Position numbers and translations under genes: made by a program
Notes under the pieces: model-generated
What the model was told of the DNA's origin: nothing
Database searches by the model: none
What the model saw: only the letters and a program-made list of their open reading frames with translations
NCBI GenBank assembly: GCA_965223325.1
Contig: CBDCWI010000002.1
Location: 2,592,001-2,656,000, forward strand
Reading direction: 5' to 3'
DNA length: 64,000 nucleotides
Origin: Candidatus Multivoradales bacterium
GTDB taxonomy: Bacteria > Acidobacteriota > Thermoanaerobaculia > Multivoradales > Multivoraceae
In this document: positions 54,649 to 64,000 of the stretch, piece after piece
Numbering within the stretch: the first letter of the stretch is position 1
Layout: every line of letters starts with the position of its first letter

Positions 54649-55896
54649 CTAGCCCCGTGGGCTAGCCGGAATCACCGGAACCGGCGTCCCGATCTCGATG
54701 CCAACGGCTCGCATCGCAGCGACCAAGCGTTCCGAAAGCGTCTCGAGAGAGCGAATGGCAGTGAAGACCGCCTGCCGGCCCGGATCGTCGTCGGCCAGAT
54801 CGAGTTGCAAGTGACGATCGAAGGGCGCTTCGATGGCCGCGATGGCCGCGATGGAATCGGCCAGGGCTTCGTCGAGCTCACTGGCCTCCGCTGGGGCCAT
54901 CCCGCGAACCAGTTCGATGAACCCCGCACCGGGACTGCTGTCGCCATAGGCACCCCGAAGAACTGCCGCGATGCCCTCGATGTTGGCGCGCAGGTCGGCC
55001 GTCGTGTTGTCGGAGAAGCACGAGTGTTCCTCTTCCTGAGAACGCTCCTCATAGGGCACGGTCAAGCGCTCACCGGCGAGTTCGCCGCGCGTCAATTCAC
55101 CGACCCCCATGACGATCCGCACCAGGGAGCTCTCGGGATCAGCGACGAAACCAGAGCGGTAGTTCCCGGGAACGCCAGGCGCCCAGGCTCCTGCCAACCG
55201 ATCGAGGTGCTCGACCAGAAGGTTACTGAGCGTCGCGAGCAGTTGACGCCGGCGCTTGGCCCAGCGATCGGTCGTGTAGTCACTCAACGGTCGGTTGCCA
55301 GGCCCGTCGACCGCAAGATCCTGACCCCAGAGCATGAATTCGATGGCGTGCCAGCCCGTCGAGACGTTCTCTTCCCCACCCCGCTGGTTCAGGTCGATGA
55401 GGGCCGCCTGGTCGATCTCGGGAATGTCTTCAACCCGCTGGACGAGTCCGGGAACTGCCGCACTCCCTCCTTCAACCTCGTCGAGATAAGCCTCATCAAG
55501 TGGCCAGGCGTTGATGAGCATTTCCAGGCCATCCTGATCGACGGGGCCGTCGTAGAAGCGGTAGACCTCGGTACGTCCGTAGTGATCGCGCGCCGCCAGC
55601 CAAAGCTCTTTTGCCTTCGCCATGAGCTCGCTTGATGGTTCACTGGCAAAGGCCCGGATGGTTGCATCGAGGCGACGCGTCGCTTCCAGGGTCTGGCTGT
55701 ATTGGAGGCTGGCGCCCGCCGCGTAGCGCTCGACGACTACAGCAGCCGCTTCTGATCCGTCCACCGCACTGCCAACCGGCAACGAAACGTCCGGCGGGGC
55801 TCCCGGGTCAGGTGCAGCGCAGCCACTGCTCGCCGCAACACCAACGACCAACAACGCCAGAACGATGCCGCGCGCCCGATCCGTTCGGCGCTTCAC
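54649..55896 (-). CDS. imelysin family iron-regulated lipoprotein (IrpA/LruB-like)
   Basis: Lipobox SSGC, TEVYRFYDGP, INAWPLDE, GWHAIEF (GxHxxE), ELAGERL, EEHSCFSDNT; start set at GTG 55896. Confidence 0.9.
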   Translation of the reverse strand: MKRRTDRARGIVLALLVVGVAASSGCAAPDPGAPPDVSLPVGSAVDGSEAAAVVVERYAAGASLQYSQTLEATRRLDATIRAFASEPSSELMAKAKELWLAARDHYGRTEVYRFYDGPVDQDGLEMLINAWPLDEAYLDEVEGGSAAVPGLVQRVEDIPEIDQAALIDLNQRGGEENVSTGWHAIEFMLWGQDLAVDGPGNRPLSDYTTDRWAKRRRQLLATLSNLLVEHLDRLAGAWAPGVPGNYRSGFVADPESSLVRIVMGVGELTRGELAGERLTVPYEERSQEEEHSCFSDNTTADLRANIEGIAAVLRGAYGDSSPGAGFIELVRGMAPAEASELDEALADSIAAIAAIEAPFDRHLQLDLADDDPGRQAVFTAIRSLETLSERLVAAMRAVGIEIGTPVPVIPASPRG

Positions 55897-56115
55897 TTGC
55901 CGCCGCTCGCTTTGTGCCGCTTCATCGCCTGCTGGACGTGCTTGCAGCTCCGCTTGCAGCCCAACATCTTGACCAGCGGACACTTCTTGCAAGCCTTCTT
56001 GCGGGCGTACTTCCTACAGCAACGAGATCTAGCCAAAACAGGGCTTCCAGGGGGTTCGAAAGGAGCTGAAGACTCACATCCAGCCCCAACCTAGCCCTTT
56101 CGCGCCGGCCTTCCC

Positions 56116-56129
56116 TTGACCACGATCAA
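56116..56129. promoter_or_regulatory. FNR-box-like site
   Basis: TTGAC-CACG-ATCAA versus consensus TTGAT-N4-ATCAA, in the divergent intergenic region. Confidence 0.65.
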
Positions 56130-56210
56130 GTCCCCCGAACTTCGAAGACTGGTATTCTGGACCGACCAAGTCCTATTTCCATCCTACGAGCAGAAAACAC
56201 CCCCCGAACC

Positions 56211-57032
56211 GTGTGCCGTGCCTGCGCCGAAAGCCCCCTTGCCGCGATCCTCTGTCGAGGATCGATCGCTCAGTACCTGGGCCAGCTGGCACTTTTCGAG
56301 AGCCTGCAGGCCGAGCAGCTCGCCGAGGTGGCAAAGCGCTCGCGCCAGCTCGAGCTCGACGCCGGATCGTGGCTCTTCCGGCAAGGTGAAGAGGCACAGC
56401 GGGTCTTCGTTGTCGTCGAGGGGCAGGTCGCCCTCGAACGTCTGGCGACCAACGGCCGCGAGGCGATCGTCGCGATCGTTGGCCCCGGCGAAACCCTCGG
56501 CGAAGAAATGCTCTTCGAGGTGGCCAGCCTGCGCGATGTGGGAGCACGCGCGACCGTCGACTGCCTCCTCGTTGGCATCGAGCGCGCGGCGTTCCGTCGC
56601 CTGGTCGAGGAGTCGGGAGATCTCGCTCGTTGGCTGCTGCAAACCGTGCACGGGCGGCAACGGCTGCTGATCGATCACATCGAACGCCTCTCCATGCACG
56701 ATGCGAGCGGTCGACTGGTCGACTTTCTGCTCTCGCGAACGACGTCGGAAGGTGGCGTGCAGTGCATTGAGCTGCCGTTCGCCAAGCGCGATCTCGCGGC
56801 TCACCTGGCCATTCAGCCCGAGACGCTCTCGCGTGTGCTGGCGCGGATGAAGCGGCAAGGTGTACTCCGAACCGACGGGCGCACCATGCTGGTCGACACA
56901 AACGGCTTGCGAAGCCATCTGGACTGCCACGACTGTGAGTTCAACTGCTGGGGCTGCCCACGTGCGCAACCGGCACCCGAGGTCGCACAGGAAACACACC
57001 CGGCCGGCACCCGCCTCCCAACGACGCACTAG
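56211..57032 (+). CDS. Crp/Fnr family transcriptional regulator with Cys clusters
   Basis: cNMP-fold LFRQGE...GPGETLGE, HTH LAIQPETLSRVL; CRAC at N-terminus, CHDCEFNCWGC at C-terminus. Confidence 0.9.
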   Translation: MCRACAESPLAAILCRGSIAQYLGQLALFESLQAEQLAEVAKRSRQLELDAGSWLFRQGEEAQRVFVVVEGQVALERLATNGREAIVAIVGPGETLGEEMLFEVASLRDVGARATVDCLLVGIERAAFRRLVEESGDLARWLLQTVHGRQRLLIDHIERLSMHDASGRLVDFLLSRTTSEGGVQCIELPFAKRDLAAHLAIQPETLSRVLARMKRQGVLRTDGRTMLVDTNGLRSHLDCHDCEFNCWGCPRAQPAPEVAQETHPAGTRLPTTH

Positions 57033-57033
57033 T

Positions 57034-57199
57034 CTAGTACCCCGTACCATTGAAACGGATAGTGGCTGAGCGGATGATCGTGCTCGAGATCAAGGCGTCA
57101 CGACAGAGGCATATTGGTGATCTGTCGAGGAGTGACAACACAGAGATCGAGCGCGAGGACCGCGCTGACGCTGTGCGTTTCAATGGTACGGGGTACTAG
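57034..57199. mobile_element. MITE (166 bp) with perfect 24-bp terminal inverted repeats
   Basis: CTAGTACCCCGTACCATTGAAACG (57034-57057) and its exact reverse complement (57176-57199); CTAG at both ends; no ORF. Confidence 0.85.
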
Positions 57200-57226
57200 C
57201 CTGGCCGCCGTCTCCCTCGCATCGAG

Positions 57227-58321
57227 TCAGCCGCCAGCGGCCCTCGTCGCCGGCTCCGCGGCCGCGAACGGATCCTCCATCTCGGCAATCCACTGCCGAA
57301 TGAGCGCAATACTCTCAGGGTGCACCATCGACCGACCGAGCTCCGGCATCATCACCCCGGGATCGATCGACTCGAGGCGATAGACCAGGATCGAACCGTC
57401 GGGGTTGCCAGGGTCGATATCGACCAGCCGGTTGCCCGAACCACGACCGGCGGCCACTGGTGACTTGTGAACTCCCCAGCGGGTGGGTTCGATTTGTTCG
57501 AACCGCAGATCGAGGCCAGAGGTGCGTGCCGGACCGCTGGGGTTGTGGCAGTGGGCGCAGTTGATATCGAGCCAGGCGCGCGCGCGCTCATCGAGCGAGC
57601 CGCTTTCGGGATCGCGCCAGTCCGGCCAGCGAGGTGCGTCGTGTGGAGCCGGTGCGCCCTCGAGAACACCGAGGCGTGTCCAACGGGCGAGCTGGTTTTC
57701 CTCACCATCGTGATAGAGAAAGGTGCGGTTGAGAAGACCCGCCCGCGGACCGACGGGCAACATCTCGCGGTCGGTGGTTCGGTGGCAACCCTTGCACTGA
57801 TTGGAGTTCGGTACGCGGTAGTCGGCAGTGCGCTCCGTGCCGTCGAAGTGGATCCAACGGACTTCCTCTGCTCCACCGATCACCCGCAACGTGGCCTCTG
57901 TTTGTTCTGCGTTCCAGATATAGGGGAGCCCCACCCAACCCATCTCGCCCCGCAGGAGGACGCGGGTCTCGATGAGGCGTTGCTCGCTCTCTGGGTCGCG
58001 CATGTCTGCCGGATAGGCGAAGGTCTTGGCGATCACGGTTCCCACCGGAAAGTCGAACGCCAGAGCCTCGGAGTAGGTGGCAGCCGCGCCCGCCGGAAGC
58101 TTGATGAAACGGTGTTTGAGCGCGTAGTCCGAGAACAGCGGCGTCGAGAGGTCGTAGGGCACAACACCTTCGGCCGGTTGCTGCTGGCGGGGATCGCCGG
58201 CGAAGAGGCCGAAGGCAGACAGCTCAGCGGGCGGATCTTCGGCGGTGTAGGAACGGCTGCCACAACCAGACGTTGCAACGCCCAGCATCACAACAACCAG
58301 AATCCACAGCGCCCGGATCAC
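57227..58321 (-). CDS. SO2930-family diheme c-type cytochrome lipoprotein
   Basis: Lipobox TSGC, YDLSTPLFSDYALKHRF, FPVGTVIAKTF, CKGCH, CAHCH, MPELGRS. Confidence 0.9.
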   Translation of the reverse strand: MIRALWILVVVMLGVATSGCGSRSYTAEDPPAELSAFGLFAGDPRQQQPAEGVVPYDLSTPLFSDYALKHRFIKLPAGAAATYSEALAFDFPVGTVIAKTFAYPADMRDPESEQRLIETRVLLRGEMGWVGLPYIWNAEQTEATLRVIGGAEEVRWIHFDGTERTADYRVPNSNQCKGCHRTTDREMLPVGPRAGLLNRTFLYHDGEENQLARWTRLGVLEGAPAPHDAPRWPDWRDPESGSLDERARAWLDINCAHCHNPSGPARTSGLDLRFEQIEPTRWGVHKSPVAAGRGSGNRLVDIDPGNPDGSILVYRLESIDPGVMMPELGRSMVHPESIALIRQWIAEMEDPFAAAEPATRAAGG

Positions 58322-58359
58322 GACTCGCGCCTCAGTGAAAGATCACATCTCTGGCAGCA

Positions 58360-59634
58360 CTATGCACCACCGGCGACGGCGGTGGCCTCGAGCTCGATCG
58401 GCTGCGGCGGATCGGGAAGCGCACCGCTGTACTGCGAGGCGTCGGTCACCTGATTGGGGGTCTCGCCGCGAAAGAGCGCCGGCATGTCGAGATCGACGAA
58501 GGTGCCGCTGTCGTCGAAGTAGACCCGGTACTCGGCCGGCAGTTCCCCGTCGACCAACTTGCTCTCGTCGATCACACCGTCATAGATGATGTCCGGGAAC
58601 GGCAACCCGATCATCGGCTCAATGGTCTCGGCAAGCTGACCCTCGGGCGCAGTACCGCCACCCTCAAAGGTGTTGTCGTGGAGAGCAATGCCTTCGGCGA
58701 TCGGGTCGTACTGCGGGTCGTCGTACTCGTTACCAGTGGTCGTAAAGCTGATGATGGCGACGTGTGACGTGTTGTTGTCGCGAAAGGTGTTGCCGAAGAC
58801 CTCGACATTGTCCGTCGCCATGACGATGAGTCCCGAGCCCGCCGGAATCGTCGACACGATCGCACCCGGCAGGCCGAAGTTCGCACGGTTGTTCTCGAGC
58901 ATTTCGTTGTTGAACACCCGCGTGTCACGCCCCGCCTTGACCGGCAGTTCAGGAAGCGAAAACACGAGGATTCCGCCGGTGTTGTCCCAGGTCTTGTTGT
59001 CGTAGACGTCGGCCCCGGTCGAGTTTTCGATCTCGATCCCGGCGACGTTCTCCCAGGCCTCGTTGCGGCGCACGATGATGTTCGACGACTGGCCAACGTA
59101 GATGCCGGCGTCCGAGCAGCCGCGGACCTTGCTGTCTTCGATGAGCACGTTCTCGACCTGGACCGGGTATAGACCGTAGGCACCGTTCTCGGTTCTCGGC
59201 TCCCCTTCCCAGTTGACGAACACGCGGCGGAAGGTGGCATTCTTCGTGCCTTCGACCTTGATCGCGTCGGCACGGGTGTTGTAGACCGCGAGGTCTTCGA
59301 TGAGGAAGTCGTCGGCGGTGACCATCAGGCCTTCGCCGCCGGTGCCCGGCGCCTGCGCCTTGAAGTCGAGGATCGTCTCGTCGAGGCCGGCTCCGCGAAC
59401 GGTCACGCCTTCCACATCGAGCGACAGGGTGGTGTCGAACTCGAAGTGGCCCGGCCCGAACTCGATCACGTCGCCAGGCTGGGCCTCGATGAAGGCCAAG
59501 AGGGCCTGGTCTTGAGCGTCGGGACCCAACTCGACGATATGCACGGGGTCTCTTCCTTCGCTCGCACAGCCGAGAGTGAGTACGAGAGCGGAAAGTCCAG
59601 CGGCGGCGATGAAGGCCCGAGTCGTTCGTTTCAT
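58360..59634 (-). CDS. parallel beta-helix repeat lipoprotein (usual partner of SO2930 family)
   Basis: Lipobox TLGC, NGAYGLYPV, SDAGIYVGQS, NVAGIEIENS, NTGGILVF; ATG 59634. Confidence 0.9.
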   Translation of the reverse strand: MKRTTRAFIAAAGLSALVLTLGCASEGRDPVHIVELGPDAQDQALLAFIEAQPGDVIEFGPGHFEFDTTLSLDVEGVTVRGAGLDETILDFKAQAPGTGGEGLMVTADDFLIEDLAVYNTRADAIKVEGTKNATFRRVFVNWEGEPRTENGAYGLYPVQVENVLIEDSKVRGCSDAGIYVGQSSNIIVRRNEAWENVAGIEIENSTGADVYDNKTWDNTGGILVFSLPELPVKAGRDTRVFNNEMLENNRANFGLPGAIVSTIPAGSGLIVMATDNVEVFGNTFRDNNTSHVAIISFTTTGNEYDDPQYDPIAEGIALHDNTFEGGGTAPEGQLAETIEPMIGLPFPDIIYDGVIDESKLVDGELPAEYRVYFDDSGTFVDLDMPALFRGETPNQVTDASQYSGALPDPPQPIELEATAVAGGA

Positions 59635-59752
59635 TGGGAGGCTCCAAGAGTGCGGTTGGAGAAGCCGAACCGAGGGTTCCAACAACGGTTCAGCTCTGTT
59701 CTTGTAGAGAGACCGTCAGTCTAGCAAGCAACCTGCCGGGCCCTCGGGATGA

Positions 59753-60163
59753 CTAGGAATCAGGCGCAGCCACGATTCCGGTGGCTCCAACGAGCGACCA
59801 GACCACGCTCTGGGGGTCTATCGAGCCGAAATCAGGGTCCTCTGGGAAGAGGTACTGCACGCTCACTCGTTCACTCTCGCCCGGAGCAATACTGGCGATC
59901 CGTTCGATCTCATGGCCGTGAATGAGAAAGCGCACCCCGGTGATCTCCAGATCGTCGTTCCCGTTGGTGATCGTCGCCGAGAAACGAGAAGGGAGCCACT
60001 TACTCACCCGGCCATCGACCGAGAGCAGTTCGAGCTCGCTGGCCGAGAGGGCTCTTGGCCCTGGCGGCTCGGGCGGGGCGCAACCCACCAGGAACAGAAG
60101 GACCAACGAAAAAGAGGCGATGCCCCACGACCGCCGTCGCTCCACACGAGTTGCCCGTACCAT
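59753..60163 (-). CDS. hypothetical lipoprotein
   Basis: Lipobox LVGC; beta-rich mature part; co-oriented with neighbours. Confidence 0.6.
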   Translation of the reverse strand: MVRATRVERRRSWGIASFSLVLLFLVGCAPPEPPGPRALSASELELLSVDGRVSKWLPSRFSATITNGNDDLEITGVRFLIHGHEIERIASIAPGESERVSVQYLFPEDPDFGSIDPQSVVWSLVGATGIVAAPDS

Positions 60164-60183
60164 CCGGTTTCCCTGCTGGGCGA

Positions 60184-62049
60184 CTAACAACTGACGCAGT
60201 TGTCGTTGTTCTTCGAACCCAGTGCCTCGAGCAGAGCCAGAGTCTCGGGGAAGGGTTGGATGCGTTGTACGGGTCCGTTCGCCATGTCTGCCACGGTTTC
60301 GCCGGAGTACGCCACAGCGCGCGGATCGGCCCCGTGTAACACCAGGTAGGCAATCAGCTTGTTGTCACCACGCATTGCCGCACTATGGAGAGCCGTGTAC
60401 CCCTTCGAGTCGGGAGCGTTGACGTCGACGCCCAGTTCCTCGACGAAGTAGCGCACGGCAGGCAGGAAACCACCTGGGGCGTTGCGATGGAAGTTGCCCA
60501 CGTAGCCAGCGCCCGCAGCGACCTGAAACGAGGTCACGGCGTCGTCACCGATCTTCGGTCGCTCGGCCTCGAGATCCTTGCCAGCGTTGCGACCGTTGGG
60601 AGCCCGTCGCTCCGGGACCACCTTGGTCGCAATCTTCCAGTCGGCACCGTGTGACACCAGGAGCTTCATCGCTTCGACGTCGTTGGCCTGAGCAGCACGC
60701 CAGAACGCCGTCGCCCCGGTCTCGTCAACGCCAGACTGGTCGAAGTTGTAGCCGGTGTACCAGACCTTCTTGGTGAGCCGTCGATCGAGTTCGGCGCCTT
60801 TCTCGATCAAGAGCTGCAACAGCTCGAGGTGGGTGGTCTCCTGCTGCTTCTGGCTGGTGGGCTGAGGATAGAAGGAATGCGGTGCCCACTCGACGTTGAT
60901 CGTCGCGTAGAGCGGCGCCGCGTTGGCCTGGCTGGCTAGGTTGGGATCGGCCCCGCGTGCGAGAAGCTCCCTGGCGAGGTCGAAGTGCCCGTTGATGATC
61001 GCAATCAGAAGCGGTGTCGTTTGATCTCCGTCGCTCGGGTGATCGATGTCTGCGCCGCCGTCGAGCAATGCGGCGACCGCTTTTCCGTGCCCTTGACGGG
61101 CCGCGAAGTGAAGCGCCGTCAAGCCGCCGACCCGACCGACCAGCTGGCCGTAGGAAAGCGGACGCGGCGGTTTCTCGGCCTGTTCTTCGCCGCCTTTCGC
61201 CTTCGCTCGAGCAGCCCGCCGCGCGGCACGCCTTTCCGCCCGTGTCATCCCAGGCATCTTCTCCGGATCGTCGGCGCGCAGACCGTCGTTGGGATCTTCG
61301 ACGGTGACCGCTTCGGTGGTGTCATCTTCCTGCGCTTCCACCTCTTCGCCGCGTGCCTTCGCGCGCTCGCGCTCGAGTTTGGCCAACGCCTCGCTGGTGG
61401 CCTCGGCGAGGGCGTACTTTCTCGCCCGCGCCGCACGGTCCTCACTTTCGAGGCTGGCAGCGTCGACGATGTGGGACGTCGCGCAGTGCTCGGCACCAGA
61501 TGCCAGCAGGCGCTCAATGCTGCCCACCCGGTTGTTGGCAGCGGCAAACATGAGAGCTGTCTGGCCGTAAGAGCGCTCGCGCGAATGCGCGCTGGCACCT
61601 CCCGCCAACAACGCATCGACGGCCGCCACCACGCCTGACGCGGCGGCGAACATGAGCGGCGTGGTGCCGTTGTGGGTCGCGCCGTCGACCTCGGCTCCGG
61701 CCTCGAGCAGCACTTCGATCATCCGAGCGTCACCGGCGCGGGCAGCGACGAGGAGCGGTGTGTGGCCGCCGATCCGCGTCCGCGCCTCGACATTGGCCCC
61801 GGCGTAGAGCAACATGCGAGCGAGTTCAGCATCGCTGTTGCGCACCGCCCAGTGCAAAGCACTCATGCCGTCGCCGTGGGCCGAGTTCGCATCGGACCCG
61901 CGACGAAGAAGCTCTCGCACGCCCTCGAGGTCACCTGCCTGGGCACGATCGACCACCACATCGGCATTGCCCGCGGACAGACCTGGGGCAGCGACACAAA
62001 GGCCAGAAAGCATAAAGACAGCCAGGGTACGTCGCATTGTCCTATCCAC
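60184..62049 (-). CDS. exported ankyrin repeat protein
   Basis: Signal peptide; many G-T(A/P)L(H/M/L)-AA ankyrin repeats; ends NNDNCVSC. Confidence 0.92.
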   Translation of the reverse strand: MDRTMRRTLAVFMLSGLCVAAPGLSAGNADVVVDRAQAGDLEGVRELLRRGSDANSAHGDGMSALHWAVRNSDAELARMLLYAGANVEARTRIGGHTPLLVAARAGDARMIEVLLEAGAEVDGATHNGTTPLMFAAASGVVAAVDALLAGGASAHSRERSYGQTALMFAAANNRVGSIERLLASGAEHCATSHIVDAASLESEDRAARARKYALAEATSEALAKLERERAKARGEEVEAQEDDTTEAVTVEDPNDGLRADDPEKMPGMTRAERRAARRAARAKAKGGEEQAEKPPRPLSYGQLVGRVGGLTALHFAARQGHGKAVAALLDGGADIDHPSDGDQTTPLLIAIINGHFDLARELLARGADPNLASQANAAPLYATINVEWAPHSFYPQPTSQKQQETTHLELLQLLIEKGAELDRRLTKKVWYTGYNFDQSGVDETGATAFWRAAQANDVEAMKLLVSHGADWKIATKVVPERRAPNGRNAGKDLEAERPKIGDDAVTSFQVAAGAGYVGNFHRNAPGGFLPAVRYFVEELGVDVNAPDSKGYTALHSAAMRGDNKLIAYLVLHGADPRAVAYSGETVADMANGPVQRIQPFPETLALLEALGSKNNDNCVSC

Positions 62050-63432
62050 CTAGAAGTGCAAACGGCCGTTGCTGTCGCCGAAGTCCTCGAGATCGTCGAG
62101 GCCTAGCTTGTGCGCCATAGCAAGCATGGCGTTGGCCATCGGCGTTCCGTCTTCTGCTTTGACGTGCAGGTTGCCGGCATGCTGGCCATTCGCGCCGCCG
62201 AGCACGATCAGCGGGCAGCGCTTGTGATTGTGCAGGTTCGAATCGCCCATCGGCGACCCGTAGACGATCATCGTCTTATCAAGCAGGCTCTCTTCACCGT
62301 CGCTTAGACTGTCGAGCTTCTCGAGAAAGTACGGCAGCATGCCTACGTGATACTCGTTGATCTTGGCGAACTCGGTGACCCGATCTTCCTTGCCGCCGTG
62401 ATGTGAGGCTGGGTGGAACGGCGCGTTGACGCCACTTTCGGGGTAGATACGCGCGGATCCATCGCGCCCCATCTTGAAAGAGAACACCCGCGTGGTGTCT
62501 GAGAGGAAGGCCAGGGCCTGCAGGTCGAACATCAGCTCGACGTGCTCGCGGAAGGAGTCTGGAATGCCTACGGGCGCTTCCGGCAGGTCGCGCTCCTCGC
62601 CGCTCGTGTTGTGTGACTCGATGCGCTGGATGCGGCGTTCGACTTCGCGTACGTGCTCGAGGTAGCTGTCGAGCCGGCGGCGGTCGGTCCCTCCGAGATC
62701 CTTCCGCAACTGCGAAACTTCACCCGTGATCCAGTCGAGGATGCTGCGCTGTTTGCCGAGTCGCGCGGCGCGTTCGGCGGCCGAGCCGCCAGTTCCAAAG
62801 AGCTGTTCGAAGACCGCCCGCGGGTCGCGAACCATGGGCAGGGGCTGGTTCGGCGCCGCCCAGCTGATCGTGTCGGTATAGACGCAGGCGTAGCCGTAAG
62901 CACAGCCACCTGCCTGGTCGACGTTCTCGATGCACAGCTGCATCGAAGGGATCGGGGTGTCCTGGCCGAAGCGCTGGGCGTACAACTGATCGAGTGAGAT
63001 CCCGACCTCGACGTCCGACCCCTCCGTCTGCTTTGGGTGGGCCTGGGTGAGAAACGTCGCACTCGACCGAAAGTGGTCGCCGCCGACTTCGCGCGCAGTG
63101 CGCGCTTCGGCCGGAGCGACGTCGGTGTTCGAGATGATCGTCATGCGCTGGCGCCAGTCTTCCAGGGGCCTGAGGCTGCTGGTCGAAAGATCGAAGTCGC
63201 AGCCGATCCTCTCCGGCGCCCAGAGATGCCGGCTCGCGCCCCACTCGTTGCTGCCGGCCGCACCGTGCACCATCTCGATCGCCACCAGACGCGTTGGATC
63301 GCTGCTGGCGGTTCCTAAGACCGAGGCTCCCGCCCGCGAAGGCCGCATGACCTCGAGGAACGGAAGGGTCATGCTCACACCGAGACCGCGCAGGACGGCA
63401 CGTCTCGAGAGCTGTTTGCGGTGAAGGATCAT
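62050..63432 (-). CDS. DUF1552 domain protein (Tat-like signal)
   Basis: SRRAVLRG, GGDH, CAYGYACVYTDTISW, DPRAVFEQLFG, REVERRI, HPASHH, NLHNH. Confidence 0.9.
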   Translation of the reverse strand: MILHRKQLSRRAVLRGLGVSMTLPFLEVMRPSRAGASVLGTASSDPTRLVAIEMVHGAAGSNEWGASRHLWAPERIGCDFDLSTSSLRPLEDWRQRMTIISNTDVAPAEARTAREVGGDHFRSSATFLTQAHPKQTEGSDVEVGISLDQLYAQRFGQDTPIPSMQLCIENVDQAGGCAYGYACVYTDTISWAAPNQPLPMVRDPRAVFEQLFGTGGSAAERAARLGKQRSILDWITGEVSQLRKDLGGTDRRRLDSYLEHVREVERRIQRIESHNTSGEERDLPEAPVGIPDSFREHVELMFDLQALAFLSDTTRVFSFKMGRDGSARIYPESGVNAPFHPASHHGGKEDRVTEFAKINEYHVGMLPYFLEKLDSLSDGEESLLDKTMIVYGSPMGDSNLHNHKRCPLIVLGGANGQHAGNLHVKAEDGTPMANAMLAMAHKLGLDDLEDFGDSNGRLHF

Positions 63433-63495
63433 GGCGTTTCTCCGGGTGTTCTTGGAGCTAGGAGGTCGTTCTCGGTTCGGACCAGAGGAGTTGGA

Positions 63496-64000
63496 TCAGT
63501 CGTCGCCAGCGCTGGTGCTGGTTCTGGTTGTCGGGTGGTTCTCGGAGGTGCCGGGTAGCGGCTCACCCTCGGCACGGGCGCTGTGGAAGGCCGGCGATTG
63601 AACCACCGCCAGGATGAAGGAGTGCAGACGATAGTCGTGCGCCTCAGCCGCCTTCGCGATACGACGAACGGTGGGCATGTCTGAGATGTCGATGCGACGA
63701 CCCATGGCGTACGAGAGCAGGAACTCCGTAAACGTCGTCGCGATGACATCGGAGCGCCGGAGCAATGCGGCACGAAGATCTGCCGGTCCTTCGAGCGGCG
63801 TGCCGTCGTAGAGGGTGCCGAGCGCATCGACCGGCTGCCCTTGATCGCGGAGGCGCCAGGCACCCGTGACATCGAAGTTCTCGAGAGACAGCCCGATCGG
63901 GTCGATGATGCGATGACACGAGCGACACGCAGGGTTGGAGCGATGCTCTTCGAGGCGCTCGCGCACCGTCAACAGCCGACCGTCTTTCGAGGCATCAGAG
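63496..64000 (-). CDS. DUF1592/DUF1588/DUF1585 family protein, C-terminal part (starts beyond the window)
   Basis: RERLEEHRSNPACRSCH, IDPIGLSLENFD, LLSYAMGR, VQSPAF. Confidence 0.88.
   Translation of the reverse strand, partial: SDASKDGRLLTVRERLEEHRSNPACRSCHRIIDPIGLSLENFDVTGAWRLRDQGQPVDALGTLYDGTPLEGPADLRAALLRRSDVIATTFTEFLLSYAMGRRIDISDMPTVRRIAKAAEAHDYRLHSFILAVVQSPAFHSARAEGEPLPGTSENHPTTRTSTSAGDD

Overview
GC-rich bacterial chromosomal window; gene content (ADOP-type permease, DUF1592/DUF1552/ankyrin cluster, several Hanks kinases, a C-terminal FxDxFESG motif) suggests Acidobacteriota, which is an inference. Housekeeping genes are larE (partial), gcvH/gcvT, pcm, nagB, uvrA, smpB, lpxC-DUF4390-ntrY-ntrX, yqeY, selB and tRNA-Ala(CGC). 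Accessory and signalling modules include a repeat-flanked AbiE toxin-antitoxin islet at the tRNA 3' end, a sigma54-linked RsbW/V/U partner-switch operon led by an unannotated 56-aa membrane ORF, an imelysin/di-heme/HTTM operon facing a Cys-rich Fnr-type regulator, a MITE, and a DnaA-box cluster. The best candidate for an undescribed system is the three-gene operon at 34336-41757: an autotransporter-type barrel with almost no passenger, a Ser/Thr kinase-helical repeat-TM-caspase with an intact His/Cys dyad, and a secreted Sel1/coiled-coil caspase homologue that has lost both catalytic residues. All family assignments come from motif recognition by eye; no database search was run.
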